NCBI GenBank assembly: GCA_963809345.1 | Contig: CAWEJF010000005.1 | Coordinates: 12,118-76,117 of the forward strand | DNA length: 64,000 bases | Reading direction: 5' to 3' | From: Candidatus Aminicenantes bacterium | GTDB lineage: Bacteria > Acidobacteriota > Aminicenantia > Aminicenantales > Saccharicenantaceae | Part shown: positions 9,264-16,684 of the stretch, in pieces | Layout of the letters: each line of letters begins with the position of its first letter | Position numbering within the stretch: the first letter of the stretch is position 1 | Position numbers and translations under genes: made by a program | The notes under the pieces: model-generated | Databases searched by the model: none | What the model saw: the letters and a program-made list of their open reading frames with translations, nothing else | What the model was told of the DNA's origin: nothing

Positions 9264-10205
9264 TCAGACCGTGATCTCCTCGACCGCGAGCTTGGCCACT
9301 TCCATCTGCCCTAGGCCCCATTCGACCGACTTGGTGATGATCAGGACATCGGCCGCCTTCAGGTTGACGAAGGGGGCACAGTAGGCGTCCACAGCGACGG
9401 GGTCGGTGCCGAGGACGACCTTGTTAAGCCGGCGCATCTCGCCCGGACCGGCCGGTCCGTTCGTCAGCAGGAACTCGGTGGCGTCTGCGACGCACAGGTC
9501 GGGCCGGCGCAAGGTGTTCAGGTCGGCGATACACTGGGCCAGGAAGGGAACGTCGTCGTACTCGCCCTTGGCCCCCGAGCCGGAGTGGAAGAATTGGTTC
9601 GAAGGGCCGGAGTTGGCCCCCATGAGGTTCTTGAGGTTGCAGGACATGCCGACGCCGACATGGTTCTTGATGATGGGCAGGTTGACGAATACGTCGCAGT
9701 CCAGGAACTCCTTGACGACGCTGGCCTTCTTCAGGGTCTTGTTCCTGGCCACCGGCGTTTCGACGTAGTTCCCGGAAGAGTTCTTGACCGCGCCGATCTC
9801 CTTCTCGTATTTGGAGGCGAGGACAGCGCGCTTCCAGTAGCCCGGCTGAGGATCGATAAGGTAACGGATCTCCTTGGCCCCGGCCTCGAGCGAGGCCAGG
9901 ATGACGGCCAGGGCGAGGTCGGGGTGGGTGTGGCTACCCGGGTTCTTCCACCAGGCCGGAGCGTTGATGAGCAGGCCGACCGACGAGCCTTTAGGCACGA
10001 ACTTGCTCATTCCGCCGAGGGCGGCCAGCCCCTTGGACACCGCGGCTATCCGGTCTGTGCCGGTGACGACGGCCAGGTCCGGCCTGTCCCGCCTCGGGAT
10101 ACCGGTCGCGAGCTTGGTCTGGCCTCGGAGTCCGCCGGCTAGCGCGGCCGCGCCGAGGAACGCACCGGACTTCATGAAATCGCGCCTCTTGACCGTCACG
10201 CTCAT
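9264..10205 (-). CDS. Tat-exported DUF362-like protein
   Basis: ORF track 9264..10271. Start moved to ATG 10205 behind GAGGAGG. Twin-arginine signal VKRRDFMKSGAFLGAAALAG. LPIIKNHVGVGMSCNLKNLMG resembles the DUF362 signature (from memory). The stop is 11 bp upstream of the M6 gene start. Confidence 0.65.
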   Translation of the reverse strand: MSVTVKRRDFMKSGAFLGAAALAGGLRGQTKLATGIPRRDRPDLAVVTGTDRIAAVSKGLAALGGMSKFVPKGSSVGLLINAPAWWKNPGSHTHPDLALAVILASLEAGAKEIRYLIDPQPGYWKRAVLASKYEKEIGAVKNSSGNYVETPVARNKTLKKASVVKEFLDCDVFVNLPIIKNHVGVGMSCNLKNLMGANSGPSNQFFHSGSGAKGEYDDVPFLAQCIADLNTLRRPDLCVADATEFLLTNGPAGPGEMRRLNKVVLGTDPVAVDAYCAPFVNLKAADVLIITKSVEWGLGQMEVAKLAVEEITV

Positions 10206-10271
10206 GAGCACCTCCTCGATCGCCGATCCTTGCGTTGACCTATCGATTATTACATCAAATCGCTGGAACAT

Positions 10272-10309
10272 GAAAGGGGACGCGCACCTTCGGTCCGGAT
10301 CCCCCTTTC
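10272..10309. repeat. stem-loop carrying the 17-nt motif GGGGACGCGCACCTTCG (copy 1)
   Basis: GAAAGGGGA (10272-10280) pairs with TCCCCCTTTC (10300-10309), with one bulge. The motif at 10276-10292 is identical to 27097-27113. It lies in a divergent intergenic region, not behind a gene. Confidence 0.6.
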
Positions 10310-10315
10310 ATTGCC

Positions 10316-10345
10316 TTGACAGGCGGCGGCGGGGGCTGATATATC
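10316..10345 (+). promoter_or_regulatory. candidate sigma70-type promoter for the DUF5916/CBM9 gene
   Basis: TTGACA (10316-10321), 18-bp spacer, TATATC (10340-10345), followed by GAGGA and ATG 10362. Confidence 0.35.
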
Positions 10346-10361
10346 AGCACGAGGATTCGCC

Positions 10362-13118
10362 ATGCCACATCTCCCGCTTATCCGCCGCGCGGCCCGGCCG
10401 ACCGCCTCGGTTCTCTGTGCTTCTTTGTCCATCCTTCTGGCTTCGGCGCCTTCGAGCCAGGCCCAGGCCGCCGCGTCCGGTCGGGAGGCCGGACCCGGCT
10501 TGGCCTCGGCACAGGAGCGGGCCCCGGGCCGCAACGACCCGCGCACGGTCCGGACGATCGCCGCCTTGCCCTCGGGCGGACCCATTGCGATCGACGGCGT
10601 ACTGTCCGAGGCCGTTTGGCAGACCCCCGGTTCCAGCGGCTTCACTCAGCGCGATCCTCAAGACGGACAGCCTGCGAGCGAGCCCACGACCGTCTGGGTC
10701 GCCTTCGACCGCGACAATCTCTATGTGGCCGCCCGGCTCTCCGACGCCGAGCCCGGCAAGATCGTCGGCCGTCTCGGCCGCCGCGACGAGTCCGTCGAAT
10801 CCGACTGGTTCGATGTCGGCTTCGACCCTTATCACGACCGCAGGAGTGGATACTACTTCGGGGTCAATCCTTTCGGCTCGATCGAGGACGGCACCCTCTT
10901 CAACGATGAAGATCTGGACGCGACATGGGACGGGGTCTGGGAGAGCGCCGCCCGCATCGACGACCTGGGCTGGACGGTCGAGATCCGCATCCCCTTCGAC
11001 CAGCTCCGGTTCAAACGGCGGGATGTCCAGGTCTGGGGCGTCAATTTCCAGCGGATGATCAAGCGCAAGAACGAGGAGGACCATTTCGCCTGGGTGCCCA
11101 AGGAGCAGAACGGACTCGTCTCGAACTTCGCCGAGCTCACCGGTCTCGCCGGCATCGCCTCCGGCCGCCGCCTCGAGATCTCGCCGTTCGCCCTGTCGAG
11201 GGCCATGTTCAGCCCGGCCGTCGCCGGCGATCCGTTCCGCAACGGACGCGAAGCCGCGGTGAGCGGCGGCTTCGACCTCAAGGGCGGCCTCAGCAGCAAC
11301 CTGACCCTCGACCTCTCGGTCAACCCAGATTTCGGCCAGGTCGAGGTCGACCCGGCCATCATCAACATCAGCGACGAAGAGACCTACTACCAGGAGAAGC
11401 GGCCGTTCTTCATCGAGGGCGCGAGCATCTTCAATTTCGGCCGGGGCGGGCCGAACGTCTATCGCATGTTCGGCTGGGAGGACCCGGACCTCTTTTACAG
11501 CCGGCGCATCGGCCGGAGCCCCCAGGGACGGCCTTCCACCCCGGGCTTTTTCGACATGCCCGATTGGACGACCATCCTCGGCGCGGCCAAGCTGACCGGA
11601 AAAGTCGGCCGCGACTTCAACCTTGGGGTCATCAGCGCGGCCACGGCCCGCGAATATGCCGATATCGACCTCGCAGGCGCCCGCTCGACGGCCGAGGTCG
11701 AGCCCTTCAGTCATTACGGCGTCGCCCGGGGGCTGAAGGAGTTCGGCGCGGGACGGAGCGGTCTGGGCTTCATCGCCACGTCGGTCCTAAGGGACATCAA
11801 GACAGGCCCGCTCGAGGATTCCCTCTCGCGCAACGCCCTCGCCTTCGGCGTCGACGGATGGACTTTTCTCGACAAGGACAGGGGCTGGGCCCTGGCCGGT
11901 TGGGGCGCCTTGTCGACGGTCCACGGGAGCGCCGCGGCCATGACCTCCCTCCAGCGCTCGTCCCTGCACTATTTTCAGCGGCCCGACGCCGGTTGGGTCG
12001 AGGTCGACGAGAACGCGACGTCCCTGTCCGGCTGGACAGGCCGCCTCTACATCAACAAACAGAAAGGCAACATCGTCTTCAACGCGGCGATCGGCGCGAT
12101 GTCGCCGGGCTTCGAGGCCAACGACCTCGGCTACCACAACCGCGGCGACCTCATCAACGGGCATGTCGAGGCCGGGTACCGGGAGCTCCAGCCCGGGCGT
12201 CTGTTCCGCAGCTGGTCCGTCACGGGATCATATTATCGGAACTACGATTTCGGCTGGAACCGGGTCGGGGAGTACGTCTATCTCGACGGCAAAGGCAAGT
12301 TCCTCAACTATTGGACGGCCGCGATCCACCTCGATTGGGAGCCGCCAAAGTATAGCCACTACCTGACGCGCGGCGGGCCCATGGCCTTTTATCCAGCGGG
12401 GGAGACGGTCCGTCTCAGCCTCGAAGGGGACGACCGTAAGCCCTTCGTTCTCGACGGGAGCGTGCAGTACCGTTATCATCCGAGCGGCGGATACAATTAC
12501 ACGTTCGCCGCCGGCCTGGCCTGGAAGCCGAGCCCGAACTTCCGGCTCTCGATCGGGCCGAGCTATAGCTGGCGCTATTCGGAGGGGCAGTGGGTGAGGA
12601 GCGTCGTCGATCCGCTCAAGACGTCGACCTACGGCGTCCGCTATGTCCTCTCCGACATCGTCCAGAAGACGCTGCCCATAGAGACAAGGATCGGCTGGAC
12701 CTTCACGCCGCGGCTGAGCCTCCAGGCCTATCTCCAACCCTATATCGCGGCGGGGGATTTTTCCGCTTTCAAGGAGCTTCACGCGGCGCGGACCTTCGAT
12801 TTCGATTACTACGGCGACGGTGAATCGACCATCGCCTATGCGGACGGCGTCTACACGGTCGATCCCGACGGCGCGGCGGGTCCGGCGGCGCCGTTCACGT
12901 TCGCCGACCCCGACTTCAGCCTCAAGTCGCTCAGGGGGACGGTCGTTCTGCGCTGGGAATACCGGCCGGGGTCGATGCTCTACTTCGTCTGGACGCAGCG
13001 GCGGGCGGATTATTCCGATCCCGGCGACTTCGAGCTCTGGCGGGACATGGGCGACCTTTTCCGGGCGCCGGGCGAGAACATCTTCATGATCAAGTTCTCG
13101 TACCGGTTCGAGCTATGA
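10362..13118 (+). CDS. CBM9-like / DUF5916 outer-membrane beta-barrel-type protein
   Basis: 918 aa with a signal peptide. N-terminal IAIDGVLSEAVWQ..GFTQRDPQDGQPASEPTTVWVAFDRDNLYVAARL..DWFDVGFDPYHDRRSGYYFGVNPFG matches the CBM9/DUF5916 architecture (from memory). C-terminus FMIKFSYRFEL is OMP-like. Confidence 0.7.
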   Translation: MPHLPLIRRAARPTASVLCASLSILLASAPSSQAQAAASGREAGPGLASAQERAPGRNDPRTVRTIAALPSGGPIAIDGVLSEAVWQTPGSSGFTQRDPQDGQPASEPTTVWVAFDRDNLYVAARLSDAEPGKIVGRLGRRDESVESDWFDVGFDPYHDRRSGYYFGVNPFGSIEDGTLFNDEDLDATWDGVWESAARIDDLGWTVEIRIPFDQLRFKRRDVQVWGVNFQRMIKRKNEEDHFAWVPKEQNGLVSNFAELTGLAGIASGRRLEISPFALSRAMFSPAVAGDPFRNGREAAVSGGFDLKGGLSSNLTLDLSVNPDFGQVEVDPAIINISDEETYYQEKRPFFIEGASIFNFGRGGPNVYRMFGWEDPDLFYSRRIGRSPQGRPSTPGFFDMPDWTTILGAAKLTGKVGRDFNLGVISAATAREYADIDLAGARSTAEVEPFSHYGVARGLKEFGAGRSGLGFIATSVLRDIKTGPLEDSLSRNALAFGVDGWTFLDKDRGWALAGWGALSTVHGSAAAMTSLQRSSLHYFQRPDAGWVEVDENATSLSGWTGRLYINKQKGNIVFNAAIGAMSPGFEANDLGYHNRGDLINGHVEAGYRELQPGRLFRSWSVTGSYYRNYDFGWNRVGEYVYLDGKGKFLNYWTAAIHLDWEPPKYSHYLTRGGPMAFYPAGETVRLSLEGDDRKPFVLDGSVQYRYHPSGGYNYTFAAGLAWKPSPNFRLSIGPSYSWRYSEGQWVRSVVDPLKTSTYGVRYVLSDIVQKTLPIETRIGWTFTPRLSLQAYLQPYIAAGDFSAFKELHAARTFDFDYYGDGESTIAYADGVYTVDPDGAAGPAAPFTFADPDFSLKSLRGTVVLRWEYRPGSMLYFVWTQRRADYSDPGDFELWRDMGDLFRAPGENIFMIKFSYRFEL

Positions 13119-13397
13119 AGCGATCAGACGGACGAGGGTGGCCCCCCAGCCGCCCGCGTCGATCCCGGCGTCCTTGAATCCGGCCACACGTGGGTCCTTC
13201 TTGAGAGAGGCGTGGACGATGGCCTTGAGCGTTCCCGTCCCCTTGCCGTGGATGATGCGGATCTCGGTGATGCCCCGGCGCAGGCACTCTTCGATGTATT
13301 CCGGCACGAGGTCCTTGACCTCCTTCGGGCTGAAGGTGTGGAGGTCGAGGACGCCGTCGATGGGCATCTCGATGGGGTCGTCGATCTCAGGGGCCAT
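13113..13397 (-). CDS. Smr (MutS2 C-terminal-like) domain protein
   Basis: ORF track 13113..13454. Start moved to ATG 13397. Sequence DGVLDLHTFSPKEVKDLVPEYIEECLRRGITEIRIIHGKGTGTLKAIV carries the Smr LDLHG/HGKG-type motifs. Confidence 0.8.
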   Translation of the reverse strand: MAPEIDDPIEMPIDGVLDLHTFSPKEVKDLVPEYIEECLRRGITEIRIIHGKGTGTLKAIVHASLKKDPRVAGFKDAGIDAGGWGATLVRLIAS

Positions 13398-13447
13398 CAG
13401 CCCGATTCTAGCCCAAAACCCCGGGGAAAAACACCTCCCGCAAGGGT

Positions 13448-13476
13448 TTGACAAGGAACGCGGACTCGTCTAGACT
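13448..13476 (+). promoter_or_regulatory. sigma70-type promoter of tRNA-Lys
   Basis: Consensus TTGACA (13448-13453), exactly 17 bp spacer, TAGACT (13471-13476). The tRNA 5' end is at 13492. Confidence 0.6.
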
Positions 13477-13491
13477 AGAGGGGATTTTTTT

Positions 13492-13564
13492 GGCCCGCTA
13501 GCTCAATTGGTAGAGCAGCAGACTCTTAATCTGCGGGTTGTAGGTTCGAGTCCTACGCGGGTCA
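13492..13564 (+). tRNA. tRNA-Lys (anticodon CUU)
   Basis: Hand-folded 73-nt cloverleaf: acceptor GGCCCGC/GCGGGTC (one G-U), D arm GCTC-AATTGGTA-GAGC, anticodon arm GCAGA-CTCTTAA-TCTGC (CTT), variable GGGTT, T arm GTAGG-TTCGAGT-CCTAC, discriminator A. CCA is not encoded. Confidence 0.95.
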
Positions 13565-13764
13565 TTTCCCGTCTTCCGGAAATTCCCATCGTTTGCCTTG
13601 CGTGCCGGGGTGCCTGAGAAGTCCTATCAAACAGGAAATATTTCGGCAGTATGGGCAGGGAGCGTGTGTTTTCGGGCTCTTCATTACCCGCTGGCGGCTA
13701 ACCGCCGCCTTCCCCAGCTGGCGTCCCCCCTCAGGCGGCATGCAATAGCGGGATGCGCTACGGT

Positions 13765-13779
13765 TGGCACAATTCTTGG
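13765..13779 (+). promoter_or_regulatory. weak candidate sigma54 (-24/-12) promoter
   Basis: TGGCAC-AATTC-TTGG compared with consensus TGGCAC-N5-TTGC. It lies 56 bp upstream of ATG 13835. The -12 GC is GG, so the call is tentative. Confidence 0.25.
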
Positions 13780-13834
13780 ACTCTCCTGCTTAGATCATAG
13801 GACCCTATCTTGTTCGTCGGAAAGGAGTTTCTAC

Positions 13835-14098
13835 ATGCCAAGATTCGAAGAAGCCTTCAATCAATCCGGTCTCTCGAGATTCCTTAACAGTCCGGCGGGC
13901 CGCGTCTTTCGTTTGGTCGCTGGTGCGGGATTCCTCGCGTTAGGCTACATTTATCGGGGCCGTGCGCTCGGTGTATTATCTATGGTGTGGGGCGCTCTCG
14001 CCATGAGCGCCGGAGCGCTTGACATCTGCTTTTTCAGCGCTGCGCTGGGTGGCCCGCTATCCGGGGCGAAGATCCGCGGCAAGTACAAAGCTGGCTAA
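13835..14098 (+). CDS. small membrane protein, DUF2892 (YgaP-like) type
   Basis: ORF track 13598..14098. Start moved to ATG 13835 behind AAAGGAG. 87 aa with two hydrophobic helices (FRLVAGAGFLALGYIY, VLSMVWGALAMSAGALDICFF), as in DUF2892. Lower GC than the surrounding sequence. Confidence 0.5.
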   Translation: MPRFEEAFNQSGLSRFLNSPAGRVFRLVAGAGFLALGYIYRGRALGVLSMVWGALAMSAGALDICFFSAALGGPLSGAKIRGKYKAG

Positions 14099-14159
14099 CA
14101 CCTAATCAAGCCGGCACGCCGGATGGCCTTATATGAGAGGGCATTAGGGGTGACCCAAG

Positions 14160-14570
14160 ATGGACCATAACCCTCACTCACATCAGGACCGACCGATGAG
14201 TCACGAAGATCACAAAATGCAGAGGGCGATGGAGCATGAGGCGGGACAGGGGCATCACCATGCTCACATGGTGGCGGACTTCCAAAAAAGATTTTGGATT
14301 TCCCTGATTGTCACCATTCCCATTCTCGGCCTTTCCCCCCTGGTCCAGAGATTCCTGGGGCTAAAGGATGCCCTCAGGTTCCCCGGGGATATCTATGTCC
14401 TCTTCATCCTCTCGTCCTTTGTCTTTTTCTATGGAGGTTATCCGTTCTTGAAGGGGATCGTGGCCGAGTTCAAGGACAAGAAGCCGGGCATGATGACCCT
14501 GATCGCTCTGGCCATCACAACGGCCTATGTCTATAGCAGCGGCCGGACGGGTCGTCGGCCCGGCTCTTGA
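14160..14570 (+). pseudogene. 3'-truncated heavy-metal (CopB-type, His-rich) P1B-ATPase: N-terminal ~125 codons only
   Basis: His-rich head HSHQDRPMSHEDHKMQRAMEHEAGQGHHHAHM. Then the first TM helices and KKPGMMTLIALAITTAYVYSS, typical of P1B ATPases. After about 14541 the frame reads GRTGRRPGS-stop in GC-rich sequence. Actuator, CPx and DKTGT regions are absent. Confidence 0.7.
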
Positions 14571-14614
14571 AGATAGGGGAGGCCCGGCGAAAGGAGCTAT
14601 AATCGAGCGGAACC

Positions 14615-15310
14615 ATGCGCAATGCCGTCCTTGTCCTCGTCTTCATCGTCCTGACGCTTGCCGCCATCCCCGTCCTTCTCGTCTGCATGCTCTTCGGGCT
14701 GAGGGACGCTTTTCTCAGCTATGGCGTCGGAATGATGAAGGTCGGACGCTTCATCCTCGGCGTTCCGATCGACGTCGAGGGGCTTGACCGGCTCGACGGG
14801 AAGACCCCTTACGTCCTCATGTCCAACCATCTCAGCTTTCTCGACGCGCCGCTCCTCACGACGGTCCTCGACCGCCACGTCCGTTTCATCGTCAAGAGGT
14901 TCGTCTTCCGCATCCCCGTCCTGGGCCTGGGCATGAGCTATTCCGGCTATGTCCCCCTCGACAAGGAGGGCGCGGGCGAAGGACGGAAGAGGATCGCTCG
15001 GGCGGCGCAGCTCGTCAGGGACAAGGGATATTCGTTCCTGATCTATCCCGAAGGGACGCGGAGCGCGGACGGGACGCTGCAGCCGTTCCGCCGCGGCGGG
15101 TTCTTTCTGGCCCTCGATTCCGGGGCGCCCATTGTCCCGGTGTCGATCAAGGGGACTTATGAGCTGATGCCGAGAGGGACCTGGCACATCCGCAAGGGGC
15201 CCGTCCGGATCCTCTTCCACGAGCCGATCGCCGTCTCCGGCACCACCCCGGAGACGATGCCCGAGCTCATGGAGCGGGTGCGGTCCGCGATCGCGTCGGG
15301 TCTCACCTGA
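14615..15310 (+). CDS. plsC: 1-acyl-sn-glycerol-3-phosphate acyltransferase
   Basis: 231 aa. N-terminal TM helix, HX4D motif (SNHLSFLDAP), and YPEGTRS motif. Confidence 0.85.
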   Translation: MRNAVLVLVFIVLTLAAIPVLLVCMLFGLRDAFLSYGVGMMKVGRFILGVPIDVEGLDRLDGKTPYVLMSNHLSFLDAPLLTTVLDRHVRFIVKRFVFRIPVLGLGMSYSGYVPLDKEGAGEGRKRIARAAQLVRDKGYSFLIYPEGTRSADGTLQPFRRGGFFLALDSGAPIVPVSIKGTYELMPRGTWHIRKGPVRILFHEPIAVSGTTPETMPELMERVRSAIASGLT

Positions 15311-15398
15311 TCAGGCGGGCGACCGTTCCGCCACAAGACGGTTGAACTCGTCCGGCCGCTCGAGCATGGGGTAATGGTCCGGCCAGGGCTTTTTTAAG
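15311..15398 (-). pseudogene. C-terminal remnant of an alpha/beta-hydrolase-like gene, further split by the repeat insertion
   Basis: The reverse strand reads ..KKPWPDHYPMLERPDEFNRLVAERSPA-stop, like alpha/beta-hydrolase C-termini (GHxPxLExPxxF). Removing 15399-15594 joins it in frame to VTHNSAGLKK at 15585-15614. No upstream body of the gene exists. Confidence 0.3.
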
Positions 15399-15584
15399 GT
15401 TCATCTCCCGATTCCGGGAGTCCGCTCTCTTCGGCTTCGCTTCGGATATCGCTCCTTGCCCCCGCGCCCCGGAAACCTCCTTATACGGTTTCCCCCGCCT
15501 TCGGCGGGTCCCCCTTCCCACACGGGGGCTTGGAGCGACATCCGTCGCAGCCTCGAGAGGGACTCCCTGAAATGAGAGATGATC
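15399..15584. mobile_element. 186-bp MITE-like non-autonomous element
   Basis: Terminal inverted repeats GTTCATCTCCCGATTCCGGGAGTCC (15399-15423) and the reverse complement of 15560-15584, GATCATCTCTCATTTCAGGGAGTCC, match at 20/25. Flanked by the perfect 10-bp direct repeat CTTTTTTAAG (15389-15398 and 15585-15594). The interior is self-complementary (GATATCGCTCC vs GGAGCGACATC; CCCGCC-TTCG-GCGGG). No ORF. Confidence 0.55.
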
Positions 15585-15664
15585 CTTTTTTAAGCCAGCC
15601 GAGTTGTGTGTCACCCGGTTTATGCTTAGAATCAGTATATCACTAAGCCTGAAAGGAGCGGACC

Positions 15665-16684
15665 ATGAGCCGAGAACGCATCCGCCGCCGGGATTTCCTC
15701 AAGACGATGGCCGCCGCCGCGGCCGTCGGGACGACAGCTTCGTCGCTGAGGGGAACTGGTCCCCTCGGGGGCGGCCTCAACGCCAACCGTGCCGCTAGCG
15801 CCGTCTTGGACGCGAAGGGCCTCCCGACCTCGACGCTCGGCAAGACGGGCGTAGTTGTGCCGCGCATCGGCATCGGGCTTGGCAGCCGCTTCTGCGCCGT
15901 CGCGGACGAAGACAAGGCCCTCGAGATCCTCGAAGCCGCCATCGACCACGGCTTCTACTATTGGGACACGGCTTACAGCTACACCAACGCGTCGATCATC
16001 AGCGAGGAGCGCCTCGGCCGCGTCCTCGAACGCCGCCGCAACGAGGTTTTCCTGGCCACGAAATTCGAGGAGCGGACCTACGACGGCGTCATGCGCCAGC
16101 TCGAAGGGAGCCTGAAGCGCCTGCGGACCGATCACCTCGACCTCTATCAGGTCCACCTCATCGCATCCATGGCCGACCTCGATACGCTCGGTCTCCCCGG
16201 CGGCGCCCTCGACGCTCTGCGCAAGATCAAGGACCAGAAGATCGCCCGGTTCATCGGCTTCAGCGGCCACTCCGACGCCGCGGCCATGGCCGAGGCCGCC
16301 CGGCGCCACAATTTCGACACCATGCTCATCGCCCTCAACCATTACGAGGAACGGCGCGGCGATCTCGAGGGCGGGGCCATCCCGGCCGCCGCGGCCCGGC
16401 AGATGGGCATCATGATCATCAAGTCCGTCCGGCCGCGCGAAACGGTCGCCGGCCTGGCCGCTTCGGACCTCATCCGCTATGCCCTGACCCTGCCGCTCGT
16501 CCACTCCGCGGTCGTCGGCACGGACAGCGTCGAGGTCGTCCGCAAGAACGCCGCGCTCCTGCGCGATTTCAAGCCCCTGTCTCCCGAGGAGATGAGCCGC
16601 CTCACGGTCAAGCTCGAGCCCTTTTTCGCAGGCAACGGCCTCCCCTGGATGAGACCGGGTTATCGTGACGGGGAGGGGTGTTGA
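15665..16684 (+). CDS. Tat-signal aldo/keto reductase
   Basis: 339 aa. RRRDFLKTMAAAAAVG twin-arginine signal. AKR-type segments: FYYWDTAYSY, VFLATKF, DHLDLYQVH, IGFSGH. Confidence 0.85.
   Translation: MSRERIRRRDFLKTMAAAAAVGTTASSLRGTGPLGGGLNANRAASAVLDAKGLPTSTLGKTGVVVPRIGIGLGSRFCAVADEDKALEILEAAIDHGFYYWDTAYSYTNASIISEERLGRVLERRRNEVFLATKFEERTYDGVMRQLEGSLKRLRTDHLDLYQVHLIASMADLDTLGLPGGALDALRKIKDQKIARFIGFSGHSDAAAMAEAARRHNFDTMLIALNHYEERRGDLEGGAIPAAAARQMGIMIIKSVRPRETVAGLAASDLIRYALTLPLVHSAVVGTDSVEVVRKNAALLRDFKPLSPEEMSRLTVKLEPFFAGNGLPWMRPGYRDGEGC

Noticed and set aside
13616-13652. GAGAAGTCC...GAAATATTTCGG resembles pieces of the repeat family (GGACTTCTG, GAAATATCCG)
   Set aside because: The two short pieces are in the wrong relative order and orientation, and nothing else in the flanks aligns. 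Likely chance.
14541-14614. Looked for a direct repeat of the tRNA-Lys 3' half (TTCGAGTCCTACGCGGGTCA) marking the distal attachment site of the putative island
   Set aside because: There is no convincing match at the GC-transition point or elsewhere in the window. The island interpretation therefore rests on composition and the truncated ATPase only.
15303-15614. 103-aa reverse-strand ORF in the plsC-AKR intergenic region
   Set aside because: It reads straight through the MITE-like element and changes meaning at both junctions. Only its two ends relate to a hydrolase remnant, and in a different frame after the insertion. It is not a gene.
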